DNA of 64,000 nt from Octopus sinensis (GCF_006345805.1 NC_043015.1:1984001-2048000); one strand, 5' to 3'; positions 25,806 through 38,915 are shown, numbered from the stretch's first letter. Notes: generated by a model not told the origin, from the letters alone. Numbers and translations are program-made.

Positions 25806-26543
25806 CAATTAGTAGCAGCTACAGTTAACATACTGTGTAAGGCTACGCTTCTCTGGATTTAATATTCGACTATATTTATCTGGTGTCTGCAAAGTTACAA
25901 AATACCTCATTCTAAAGAAAATAGCTAAAACGAATATATAGCCTTCAGTTTTCCATTGTTACGCTTTCTTTAGCGACTCTCAAGAGAATTTAAAGCAAAC
26001 TCGAAGTAGCATGATTAGAAGGCTAATCTACATTGCTGAAACGATACCAAAATCAGGGACAAATGTCCAAGTGTTTACTTTATCTTTAAATAGTCAATAG
26101 TATTCACTTGTTGTTCTATTGATATGCATATATAATTGCTCACTAAACTTGTGTCTGTAGTCTGGAATATATTATTAGCTAGAGAAAACTTTCCCAATAG
26201 GAGACAGGAAAAAAATCGATGAAGAAAGAAACTTATAATTTTGGTTGTATAACTTTAGAAATATTTTCAAACTGTGTTAATTGAACCAACGTGACTAGAT
26301 TCAAAATATATCAAACATGACTATAGAAATTATTATTTCTATTTTTATGAAAAATATAACAAAAAATATATATACTGTAAATTAAACTTTATTAAATACA
26401 AAACAAACAGTGATTAAAAAGTGAAATGAGTAAATATTCACAGTGTGATATCCTCATTGTATATTTAAATCTTTTATTTCCATTCCGATGTGTAGGAAAG
26501 ATGATAATAAGGAGGATATGAATGTAATAATAGCAGTGCCAGA

Positions 26544-26611
<68 letters not shown>

Positions 26612-26974
26612 TAATAGTGATAATAATGTTGACAATAATGGTGGAATTTCGCCATGATAAATCAGTCTTCAGTTTTAAAATGATAATGTTTTTGTATGGC
26701 TGGCGAAGGAGATAACTTTAAAAGAAACAACACCAGCAAATACAACAACAACAACTACTACAATGAAATAGATTTCCCTTGATTGTAATATATGCATGTC
26801 ATGATCTATTTTACATAAAGTATCTTTTTTTTATAATTTGTTTAGTTTCCTATCATGTTAATAACAACTGATACATTATTAAGAAATAAATTGAATAATC
26901 GGCTTATGTTTTGACGTTCGGCGTACAAGTATGAATATTAGCGATGTAATGCGACAAACAATACACGGAAAGAC

Positions 26975-27095
26975 AAATAATATTAATAATAATAATAATG
27001 ATAATGATAATATTAATAATAATAATAATAATAATAATAATGATAATATAATAATAATAATAATAATTATAATAATAATAATAATAATAATAATC

Positions 27096-27127
<32 letters not shown>

Positions 27128-27408
27128 CATAATAATAATAATGATAATAATAATAATAATAATAATAATAATATTGATAATATAATAATAACAATAATAA
27201 TATTATTATTTTCATTATTGATAATAATAATAACAACAATAATAATACTAACAAGAACAACAACAATATTATTAATAATGATAATAATAATAATAAGAAT
27301 AATAATAATAAGGGGAAGAAGAAAAAGAAGAAGAAGAACAACAACAACAATAATAATAACAATAATAATAATATTATTATTATTAATATTTTATTATTAT
27401 TATTATTA

Positions 27409-27499
<91 letters not shown>

Positions 27500-27505
27500 T
27501 GATGA
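26975..27505. repeat. (AAT)n/(TTA)n compound array with strand switches
   Basis: Visible directly. A second (AAT)n lies at 26545-26640. Confidence 0.95.
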
Positions 27506-27889
27506 TAATACTTAAACAATGAAAGGAAAGCGATAAAACATGAGGAGTAAACAAAATGTAACGCATTTCTTTTAAACACAAGCATTCTGATTAAGTCATT
27601 AAGTATGAAAATACAAGCACAACGTTATCAAAATCGAGGATTTAGAATTTACATGCAAATGGAGACCAGTGTCAAATGTATTTTCAGCAGCTTGTGTGTT
27701 TTGGCGCTTTATTTGCATTTGTTTCTTTTTGCATTAGTGTTTCATTGAAAATAATGTCACTTCATTTCAAATGCAAATGTACTTTATGTAAGTGAAGTCG
27801 TCTCAAAGAGAGAATTACTTGCCCCTGAACGCGATGATTTTTTCGTTTTGCTTTGCGTGTACTGTTAGCAACTGCAACGAAAGAACATA

Positions 27890-27945
<56 letters not shown>

Positions 27946-27948
<3 letters not shown>

Positions 27949-28690
27949 CCGAGAAGAATTGCAGTGCGTAATCTGGGCATTGACATAAGCAATGATGCAT
28001 CTTTCCAAGTGGATGGATCCTCCGAACTTTCAGAACAAGAGAGAAGAGATACTGATGGTCCTTTGGGAGACATTCGTCCTCAGCCGCTTGGACTACTGCT
28101 CCCGACTAGGGTCACAACACAGTATAAAGTTAACAGCAGAACTCGAAGCAATCCAACGAAGCTACAGTAAGAAGATCGTCTCAATGCAACCTATCAGCTA
28201 CTGGGAAAGACTGAAAGTATTAAAACTCTTCTCCTTGGAGCGAAGGCGGGAGAATATGCAGTGATATACATCTGGAAAATCCTGGAGGGCCTTGCCCCAA
28301 ATTTTAGTATTGAGAGTTTTCAAGCAGCAGAATGGGGCCCCACTCTATGGGTCAAAATATTCCAAAATTACCATCAAAATACAGGATCAGATAATGGAAC
28401 ATCTTGAGTTTCAGAGGAGCACAACTCTTCAGTATCCTTCCTAAATGCATGAGAGACCTGCATGGTGTGAATGTGGGCTTCTTTAAAACTAAACTCGATC
28501 TCGTCTTGTCAGGGGTTCCAGATGAACCTACCTCTCGGCAGGAAACACAGATGTCGACAGCGGCGTCGAACACCCTTGTTGAAATATTGCCACGTATCAG
28601 AGAGGGTTTCATTTACTAGTGTAGCACAATCATCAGTGGTGCCCCAGCATAACCGCAGCTTTCGGGCTGAAACATTTTTAAGGATTTAAG
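27946..28690 (+). mobile_element. CR1/L2-like LINE, 5'-truncated, same superfamily as 24920-25805
   Basis: VRNLGIDISNDASF, FVLSRLDYCS, SYWERLKVLKLFSLERRRE, FKTKLDLVLSGVPDEPT. Confidence 0.9.
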
Positions 28691-29041
28691 GATATATATA
28701 GAGTAAAAAAAAACGTAGCTTTTCCCCTGTTTTAATATTCCTTATACATTCAAGTATTTATTCTATGTGCAAATCATAAGGTATTACTATTTTGGAAAAT
28801 GTTACTTCCAATATCCACACTATATATTCGAATCGAAATAATTGGTAATTACAGTTTTAGCGGCCATTATTTTGTCGGCAATATTTGTTGTTGTAATTGG
28901 TTTGTTGTTGTTGTTATTGGCAAGCTGGCAGAATCGTTAGCACGATGGCATCAACAGCAAAATCAATAACAAAAGGAAGAGGTTTGCTGATGTAACAAAC
29001 ACACAGAAAGAAATGTTAAAACTCCCTCTCGAGCACAACAT

Positions 29042-29415
29042 TTACTCTTTTACTTGTTTCAGTCATTTGACTGCGGCCATACAGGAGCACAACCTTTAGT
29101 CGAGCACATCGACCCCCAGGACTTATTATTTGTAAGACTAGTACTTATTCTATCGGTTTCTTTTGCCGAACTGGTAAGTTACGGGGACGCAAACACACCA
29201 GTATCGGTTGTCAATCGATGTTGGAGGAAACCGCATACACACAAACGCACAAACATATAGATATATACATATATACAACGGGGTTCTTTCAGTTTCCGTC
29301 TACCAAATCCACTCACATGGTTTTGGTAGAAGACACTTGTCCATGTTTTCACGCAGTGGGAGTGAACGTGGAACCATGTGGTTGTTAAGCAAGCTACTTA
29401 CCACACAGCCACTCC
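29042..29415 (-). mobile_element. SINE family A with internal deletion
   Basis: Reverse-complement match to 18830-19266. Confidence 0.85.
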
Positions 29416-29534
29416 CCTTCGAGAGCTTTCAAAAGTAAAAGGCATCATGAAAGTAAGACGGAAGTAAGACATCATTGCTCGTTCCACCCGAAATAATAAA
29501 GGTAAAAGAAATAAAGAATGCATGTTTTAAATGC

Positions 29535-30360
29535 GTATCAGCATTTTGGAGTTCCAATTTTGGGCGGCATTAAAAAAACCCGTCAGTCTCTATTTTGAGT
29601 CCTGGTCTTCAACCATTGTTGGGATTCTACTTTGACTATTTATTTTCTGTCTAGCTTATAGTAGTTTTGCCATTTAAGGTTTTTTACTGCCATTATTCTC
29701 TCATGGTATTTTGTTGTTCGAGTTTCATTTTAGATTTCAGTTGCTCTACAGTTTTCGTTTGCTCCTTCTTTAACTATATATTTGTGGCTTCTTTCAAGAC
29801 ATAAAAAACTATTTATTTGTTTGTGTGGTTATTTCTATCACATTGTCTTTCTTTTGAGATAGATATGTCTGTAATCCAATGCTGCATATTTTATAGAAGT
29901 TTTGTAGCTGTATAAGTGTCTACCCGCCTTAATCCGTTGCATATATAACCTTTCAATGTCAGCTATTAAGTGATGTATTCTAAATTTCGTCATTTTATTT
30001 GTTGTTTTCCTGTCTAGTTTCGTTAGTTAATTCACTTTCTAATTAATAATATTGTAATTGTAACATTTAGCGGTGACAGCTAGAGTATTGGTATCTATTA
30101 TCTTGTTTTCGCATTGACTTCTTTTTTATGTATTAATCTAACTTGTTTATAGTATTCTTTCCTTATCTAGTACTGTATCTAATTATTTGTATGTCTGGGT
30201 TTGGTCTACTCTTATTTAGTTATTTTTCTTTGTCTCCTACGTTACTGTTACTCTTAACTAGTTCTCACTTTTCAAGGTTGCTGTGTCACATTTCCTGAGC
30301 CGAATTTCATATTTATTACTTTGATAAATCCATGTCATGTTTCTAATAATTTTTCTAGTT
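29535..30360 (-). mobile_element. R4/Dong-like RLE non-LTR retrotransposon relic (RT C-terminal region)
   Basis: Manual translation across frameshifts gives NMKFGSG, IRKEYYKQVRLIHKKEVNA, NKIIDTNTLAV, LDRKTTNKMTKFRIHHLIADIERLYMQRIKAGRHL and GLKIETDGFFNAAQ. Confidence 0.75.
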
Positions 30361-30927
30361 TTTTTTTCTTTTCATCATTTGCCACATACTATTTTAAATT
30401 TTCCACATAAAAGAAGTGGTTGATTATTTTACCATAGCAATTGTATTCACACCTACTTCTGTTTAACAAGTCTGTTAAAGGCGTCAGTGTAAGAGAGAAT
30501 GAGAGTGAAAAGAGTGAGTCTGATTGGAATATTTCTTTTCTAAAGTTGATAGCTTTAGTTTTATTATTCACTCTTTTGTCTGTACCTCTCTGTGTTATCT
30601 AATTCAAAAATTATTGTACCATCCTTGTACATGGTCGGTGTTTCTATGATGCATGTGTGGAAGATATTATTATCATTGAGGGAGCAATGCAAGCCATCAA
30701 AGTAACGCTGGGGTAAAATATACGAGGCCCAGTATACCCATCATGACTAGCCGTCTGATAAGGGTACACCAAGCACATGCATCACAACTATATTCGTAAC
30801 AAGATAATCTCATATAAAGATAAACAGTCCATGAATTTGATGGTGGAGTTCACTTAGAATTTTCTGCAGGTCGAGTAGCCCATCCCACTCATAAGGTCCC
30901 TGAATAAGGGTTTCTTAAGTGTATTAG

Positions 30928-31060
30928 AAGCCTGCTTCCAAACCACATGGTTCTGTGTTCACTTTGGCAACTGTCTTCTACTAAAGCCTCGGGCCGACCA
31001 AGGCCTTTTGAGTGGATTTAGCAGACGGAGACTGAGAGGGACCTGTCGTATATATATATA
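30928..31060 (+). mobile_element. SINE family A, 5' fragment
   Basis: aaccacatggttc...gcctcgggccgaccaaggcc...gagtggatt matches the family A head. Confidence 0.75.
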
Positions 31061-31804
31061 AGTGGTTAAAACAATATTTTCACCTCTTCTGCCTCCTGGC
31101 ATCGCTAATAAGCTATATATTTCCCATGAAGTAGTATCATACATCGATTTTTTTGGATTTCAGCTGCATTGAACCCCGAATTATTCTATATTCGGTCACT
31201 ATGTTGTCTCTTAGCTGAGTCCGTCGGAAGAGCTTTCTGTGATAGCCACATGATTCTATGAATCAATATACTACAGATTTACACATAAATATATATGTAA
31301 AAGCCTATGCATACACAGGTGTATATATACCCTTATGCATATATGTATATTTTCACATGTACAAATAGCTGCATATTCAACAATGTAATACATACACCCA
31401 CAGACATAGTCTTAGAAATAATAAAACTTCTGAATTACAAAGCACACCATGAACTACATAAGGAGCTGGACGCAAATCCGCGTGAATTGCCAACTGGAAC
31501 TATCATTTACTACTTTCTTTCGGTTCCAATATCTTCAAACTGTAAAATAAATGTCCTCTAGCTTTCCAATATATATCGATATTCGTGTCGATGAAGGAAT
31601 CAAGAAATTTTTAGAGAAATGAAAGGATTTGTGAAGGTTTGGCTCCTTCTCTAAACGAATGGATCGTAGATAGCTAATCAATGGGAAAGTTGTACTTTTA
31701 ACTGCTGCCGTCAAAATATTTTATTCTTTAATTGTTGAGCGTGATTCTGATACAGTATAATAAGAGTTCACTTCCTTACTATGGTACGTGATTTTGTTGA
31801 GTGT

Positions 31805-32171
31805 GACACTCCGTCCGTTACGATGACGAAGATTCCAGTTGATCCGATCAATGGAACACCCTGCTCGCGAAATCAACGTGCAAGTGGCTGAGCACTCCTG
31901 ATAAGTACCCTTAACGTAATTCTCGGGGAGATTCAGCGTCACATTGAGCGTGACAAGGCTGCCCTTTGAAATACAGGTACGACAGAAACAGAGTGATAAA
32001 AATTTGTGGTGACAGAAAACAGCAGAATTCGCCACCATCACACTGCCCGAGCCTCGTAGAGCTTTAGGTGTTTTCGCCCAATAAACACTCACAATGTCGG
32101 TCTAGGAATGGAAAACGCGATCTCACAACCGCGAGTCCGCTGCCCTAAACACTGGGCAATTGTGATTCCAC
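31805..32171 (-). mobile_element. tRNA-derived SINE (head 1 + tail B) flanked by ~150-bp direct repeats
   Basis: Reverse complement of the 1912-2300 family. Flanks are 31656-31804 and 32171-32252+32561-32641. Confidence 0.88.
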
Positions 32172-32252
32172 GAATGAATCGTAGATTGCTAATCAAGTGG
32201 AAAAGTTGTGCTTTTAACTAGTTATTTTAAGTAGCTTATTCTTTAATCCTTT

Positions 32253-32560
32253 GTGGAAGCACATGGCTTAGTGGTAAGAGCAGCGGACGCGAGGTCGGGG
32301 GATCGCGGGTTCGAATCTCAGACCGAGAGATGTGTGTGTTTAGTAGCGAAACACCTAAACTCCACGCCGCTCCGGCAGAAGGTAATGGCGAAACTTCTGC
32401 TGACTCTTTCGCCACAACTTTCTCTCACTCTTTCCTCCTGCATCTTGCAGCTTACCTGCGTCGGACCGGTCTCCCGTCCAGGTGGGGGACCCTATACGCC
32501 GATGAAACCAGGAAACCGGCATTTATGAACCAGGCATGGCTGGTTCATAAGGAACGAACA
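32253..32560 (+). mobile_element. tRNA-derived SINE (head 1 + tail C) with 13-bp TSD
   Basis: A-box tggcttagtggtaag and B-box gggttcgaatctc. TSD ttctttaatcctt (32239-32251) / ttctttaattctt (32561-32573). Confidence 0.9.
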
Positions 32561-33509
32561 TTCTTTAATTCTTAAGCGTTATTCTGATACAGTATTATGG
32601 GAGATCACTTCCTTACTATGGTACGTGATATTTTGGAGTGTATATTGTGACGGTATATTATGCTGAGTTTTCTTTTATAAAATGTTATTCTTAAAGAAAA
32701 AAGAAAAAAACTCAATAATTTTCGAAATTAGTTTCATATGCAAATTTTCTGAAACATTTATGGCTTGCGGTCTATAGATGTAATTTCCGCTGTAAATTTC
32801 ATTGACAAAAATTATGATCAATCGGGGAAAAGTGCCTATCTCTATAAGGTGGCGAAGCTTAGTAACGCTTCGGTATTAGTAAAGGTAAACAACTCTTCCG
32901 AACTTACAGCTATAAAAATGTAAAAAATGGATATTTATAGATATGATTAAAATCGTCGTCGTCGTCTCGTTGTTGTCGTCATTGTCCCCGTACGCATCAT
33001 CATCATCATCATCATCATCATAATCGTCATTGTCTTAATTAATGTCATCCTCATCATCATCACCATAATAGAACACCATGTTTTGTAATCAATTAAAATT
33101 TATTTCTATAAGACTCATTTGAAATTGATCTTAATATTTCAAAATACTTCACAAATATTAAAATTCTGCAATATTTCAAATTACAAAATTGGAAAATCTC
33201 TAATATTTTGAATTATAAGATCGAAATTTTGTAATCTTGAAATTGAAGTATTTCAGCTGGGAATATTGTAATTTCAGGTTCCAATATTTCAAATTTTGCA
33301 CCTTCAAATATCAAAACTCGAAATTATGTAATTTCAAATAACGTTATTTAGCATTTTATATTTTGAAGTATTTTGATAATTCACCGTAATAAAATTGCTA
33401 GCATTGGATTCTCTTGCTGAAATTGAGTTTTTTTACCTTTTTTTTTAATCAAAGAAATATTGAATAAAACTAACATAACCAATCCCATAATTTGTATTGA
33501 CATTTTACA

Positions 33510-33838
33510 TTCCTGGCACGCCGTCTCGTTTAGGGCGACGAAGGTTCCAGCTGATTCGATCAACGGAACGGCCCGCTCAGGAAATTAAGTGCAAATGCCT
33601 TATCATTCTAGAAACACACATACTCTTTACGTAGCTTTCTGGGAGATTTAGTGTGACACAGTTGTGACAGGGCTGCCCCCTTTGAAATACAGGTAGTACC
33701 CCTTTTTTTGTTTACCTAAGTGAACCGGAGTTACTTATAAAAATAATGTGCTCAACGACACAATGCACCATTGGGAATCGAACTTCCGGCTTTGTGATCT
33801 TGAGCTTGATACTCTAACCATTAAGCCACGCGCCTTCC
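33510..33838 (-). mobile_element. tRNA-derived SINE (head 2 + tail B)
   Basis: Minus-strand head gaaggcgcgtggcttaatggttagag...gttcgattccc differs from head 1. Tail matches 31805-31975. Confidence 0.75.
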
Positions 33839-33996
33839 TTTTGCATCTCAGTAGCATAATATTTTTAGTCACTTTTGCTGGATTTGACGCTAACACAGCT
33901 TTCCATTTCATGTTCTAGTGTGGTTATTGATGATATATTTGCATGAGTATCGTTTCAATGTAATTGGTTTGATGGATCATCTTACGTGCATTGTCA

Positions 33997-34357
33997 GTAC
34001 TTCCACCTTAGCGAAAGCGGAGGTATTGTTTTCAGCCGTGTTTGTTTGTTTGTTTGTTTTTCTGGGGACAAGATATCTCAAGAACCGGTGAATGGATTCG
34101 GATGAATCTTTCAGAGATGTTTGGCCTCGTGACTAGCACGAACTGATTAGATTTTGGGATCGATTCAGTACCAGATAGTCTGCATTGTTTTTCCTGTTAT
34201 TCTTTACATAATATTTGAGAGCGGTCGGGCTCATTTTTAGTAATCCCTTTTGTGAGAGCAAACGAGATTATTTCAGACATTCTCATTTTAGAAATCTTCT
34301 CCGGCTAGTCGATGAGAGGCCGTTGATATTGCTTTGGCTGAGGCTTGCGCTCTCTCT
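33997..34357 (+). mobile_element. HINE/DINE-1-like non-autonomous Helentron-type element
   Basis: 5' cttccacc with nearby inverse gcggagg, internal (TTTG)n, and a 3' subterminal repeat ggctgagg followed by ttgcgctctct. Confidence 0.55.
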
Positions 34358-34482
34358 CTTCTTCTTCTTCTTCTTCTTCTTCTTCTTCTTCTTCTTCTTC
34401 TTCTTCTTCTTCTTCTTCTTCTTCTTCTTCTTCTTCTTCTTCTTCTTCTTCTTCTTCTTCTTCTTCTTCTTCTTCTTCTTCT
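34358..34482. repeat. pure (CTT)n of about 40 units
   Basis: Visible directly. Source of the poly-F/K/R/L ORFs. Confidence 0.97.
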
Positions 34483-35894
34483 GCTCGTCATCATCATCGT
34501 CAGCATCAATGAGCAATATATTCCGTACTGTATTGGAATATACTCGTAACTGAACTGCTTAGATTGTTGCAAGTATTGCCTCGAATTAACAATGCTTGAG
34601 AAGGAGCGTAGCCATTTTCATTAATGCATGCAGCTCATTATCTTGAAACCATAGATTCAAATCCTGGAATGGACGGAACATTGTGTTCTAGATCAAAGCA
34701 TACATTTTGAAGTCGACATGGTTTGCTCGGCTTTAAAGCTTACAAACATTCCATTGGTGAAGCACGATTTCTTATCCTGTTCTCATATCTGAGATGATGG
34801 GATACAAGGGACTTTAAATCAACTAGTTTAACATTGTACGTGCTACGAAGCCATAATCATTTTCGAGTTACGGGTCGTCTCTATAGTGCTATATATTATC
34901 CGTTCCTACTTAAACTTTCTATGGTCGATTGATTATTTCAAAAGCAGTAAAATAACTGTGAATTACTGTGTAAGACAGAATATGAAATATGGTATAATAT
35001 TTGTGGTGAGGAGTTACGTGGAAGAGTCAAATGTTGACTGTGTTCACAGAATAGTTTACTAAAAGAAATTGTTTCAAATTTTGACACATCGGAATCTAAT
35101 TTAAAAGAAACGGAGAGAGGCATGAAATACAAAGATATGGAAATACAGATAATCCTAGTAGGGAGTCGAAAAACGGAAAGAATTTCTATGATAATGTGTG
35201 CATTATGTATGACTGAAAACAGACAAATACATAACCAAAACACCAAGACATAAATATAAATATAACATTCAGAAAATAACCCTGATAGCCGTCGCGCACA
35301 TCCGACGCAAAATACTTTCCACATAGTGAAAATAACAACACCGAAACAAACCAAACCATGTGCCCAAGACACAGTGTGACGCGCTTGTTGGTGCAGTGAA
35401 AGCACGTGATTAAATACTGAATAATAATGGGACACCAATATTTCGCTGGTTCTTATATTATAGACTAACAATAAGAGAGAAGGCATGCTGACCTCAGTAG
35501 GACATGATCTGAGAATGCATAGGAAGACCTTAAGCATCTTGCCCGGTGCCAGCTCGCTGCTTTAAGGGTAGCAAAATGATTGCATTTATTCTTACACTTG
35601 CAGATTAATCTGTATAAGTTAATTAGTTTAAATTGATTAATGCACGTACTGTACATCAGTTCACATCTCCCAACAAATCGACGTTGCATGAATAGGTGCC
35701 CTGTGTACCCACCATCAAGTGTCGAAATGATCGCAGACCAGCGTGAGATGAAGTGTGTTGCTCAAGAACACAACGGTCGAGGAAATGAAATACTGATGTT
35801 TCAATCACGAGTGCAGTAACCTAACAATTAAGCCATGCACACTCATGTGTGAGCATATATATATATTATATATAATATATATATATATATTATA

Positions 35895-36020
35895 TGTGGT
35901 CGGCTCCAGGTCGTATCCGAGCCGGGGTTCGTCAGATTCATCCTGTCTCCCCGGAGATGTTTGTGCCGCGTATATAAATATAAATATTAATATATATATA
36001 TATATATATAGATATCTATA

Positions 36021-36113
<93 letters not shown>

Positions 36114-36241
36114 TGTGGTCGGCTCCAGGTCGTATCCGAGCACGGGGTTCGTCAGATTCATCCTGTCTCCCCGGGAGATGTTTGTGCCGCGTATATAAAT
36201 ATAAATATTAATATATATATATATATATATAGATATCTATA

Positions 36242-36310
<69 letters not shown>
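35895..36310. repeat. tandem duplication (period about 221 bp) of a GC-rich ~78-bp island within (TA)n
   Basis: gtggtcggctccaggtcgtatccgag...gtgccgcg occurs at about 35895-35971 and 36116-36192. Confidence 0.9.
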
Positions 36311-36318
<8 letters not shown>

Positions 36319-36405
36319 TATATATAGTATATATATATTATATATTATATATATATTATATTATATATTTATATATAAATGAGAAATTTGAATCAATAAG
36401 ATGTA

Positions 36406-36951
36406 CGGTTGGAAGGTTATTTTTCAATAACTACATTTGTTTCAAGGCAACGTAGTTCTCTAATTGTACATGTATTTTATTATGCAACTGAATGTTAGTG
36501 TAATGAGATGTAGCTGTGTTTTCTTAGGCAATATGCATGTGTTGTCTTCGTTCGTCGTAGTTTGAATTCACTCCGTCCGTCGTAGTTTGAATTTAGTGGT
36601 AGCTGATAGACTCATGGTGTGTCCTGCCAGAGTGCATTTGCCAACTGCTATGAATGGTAGTAAATACAGCCAGTACAAAAATATCCGTCTACTACCATTC
36701 ATGACAGTATGACAACCACGAACTAATATCACACATTTTGAGTGTATCAGCTACTACTAAATTCAAACCTGGACGGAAGGAGGGGACGGCGTTGAAGTTG
36801 ATTTGAAACAGACAACACTCGTATATCGCTCGAGGAAACACAACTAGATCTCATTGCGCAAACAAATAGTTGCATAATCAAATACTAGTATTTTTGGAGG
36901 ACTACGTTGCTTCGAAACAATTGTAGATATAAAAAAATATCTCCCCAACTG
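36406..36951. mobile_element. foldback MITE, TA TSD, Tc1/mariner-type ends
   Basis: TA|cggttgg...ccaactg|TA. The arms are diverged reverse complements along the whole length (e.g. atgaatggtagta/tactaccattcat near the centre). Confidence 0.8.
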
Positions 36952-37739
36952 TAATCCTTGTAGACTCCAATTTATTCAATTTCATATTCACACACGACGA
37001 ATACCCGACATATATTTAGAAGTGTATTATAATTCTCTCGGAAAGTAGTGGGAAATTCTGAAGGTGGACCAGTTTTACAGTGTACTCTACCAAGTTTTTA
37101 ACAGAATATACCATAACTATATATATGTATATATATATATGAATATGTCTGCGTCTGTGTGTATGCGTGTCAGTATGTGTGTGTGTGGCTATGTATATAT
37201 ATATATATATATAATATATATATATACATATAAATTTCTGTCTCATTGTCTCTCTATCTCTCTCATGCTCTCTCTCCATCTCTTTCTCTCTTTCTATCCT
37301 TCCCACCCCCTCTCTCTCTGTGCCCCTCTCTCTCTTTGTGGATATATGTGCCAAGGTGTGTTGCGTGTCTAGGTTGTATACTACAAACTATCAGAACGTA
37401 CATACATTAATGCAAACCAGAATTTAGATATGACAAAACATTTTCCATTTAAAGTATGTAATTGGTCTACACATTCCAGAATCGTGTTACTTCTGATGGC
37501 AACACGCGTTTGTCTATGGATATAATGTTTTGAATGGAAACTCTAATTACTGAAACGTAATGCTTACGTTTGCAGGTGTTATAATGTCACACTTAACAAT
37601 TTTACAGCTATTCGCTCACTCTATAATAGCCGTAATGAGGAAACAAGTATGCTGAAACATGGCATTTAGAATATAAATGACATATTTACATACTAATTTT
37701 CTGTGGCCCCAATTTAATGTGCTCTTTATGTATGCCGCT

Positions 37740-37839
37740 NNNNNNNNNNNNNNNNNNNNNNNNNNNNNNNNNNNNNNNNNNNNNNNNNNNNNNNNNNNNN
37801 NNNNNNNNNNNNNNNNNNNNNNNNNNNNNNNNNNNNNNN
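37740..37839. other. assembly gap (100 N)
   Basis: Run of N. Confidence 1.
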
Positions 37840-38288
37840 TTTCTGTGCTGATTTCATTAGAAATTTTGTGTAATTGTACTGTATTTCTGCGGCCTGAGAT
37901 CAAGTTTATTATCGTTCTGCTTAAAATGTTGCAAGTCCGGGGTCACAAAAAAAAAAGTAAATTCCAGAGGCGCAATATTCGAGAGAAATTTCGAATCATA
38001 ATTTTTCAGGTTTAGTTATATTATGAAGGGAGTTGATTTTTCTGTCAAAAGTACATCATGCACCAATTAATACAGACCATTTAATTGCACTAAATGATTC
38101 GGAGAAAGTAAATTAATTGTCGAGGAGTGAGAAACAATTACATAGTAACGAGTGGCATCACACACCACTCCCAAACAGATACACACATGAATAAATAACA
38201 ATGCAGTGTAAAGGAAAGAATGCAGGAAAACCTGGAGGAAAATATGTGCTGTGTACACAAACGATGTTGTTAATGCGAGTGTGTATAT

Positions 38289-38459
38289 AGGGGAAGGGGT
38301 GACTGTGTGCTACGACGCTTACTTCCTAACCACATGGTTATGGGTTCAGTTCTTGTACACGTGTCTTCTTCTATAGCCTTGGGCCGATCAATGCCTTCTG
38401 AGGGGATTTCGTAGACGGAAACTGGAAGAAGGCTGTTGTTTCTATCTATCTATCAATCA

Positions 38460-38490
<31 letters not shown>

Positions 38491-38501
38491 AATCTATCTA
38501 T

Positions 38502-38569
<68 letters not shown>

Positions 38570-38580
38570 ATATCTCTCTC

Positions 38581-38657
<77 letters not shown>

Positions 38658-38662
38658 TTATC

Positions 38663-38716
<54 letters not shown>

Positions 38717-38915
38717 GCTTTATGACTGTTTGTTTGTCCACCATCGCTTGAGGGCCGATGTTGGTATGTTTAGGCCCCCGTGAGTTAGCGGTGCGACAAA
38801 AGAGTCCGATAGAATACATAATGGTCTTACAGCGAATCAGTTCTGGGGGTCAACTCGTATGACTAAAGGCTGCGCTCCAGCATACTCACAGTTAAAAGAC
38901 TGAAACAATAAACGA
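38289..38915 (+). mobile_element. old SINE family A with internal (CTAT)n expansion of about 280 bp
   Basis: Head at 38289-38432, (CTAT)n at about 38440-38716, tail at 38730-38915. Confidence 0.8.
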
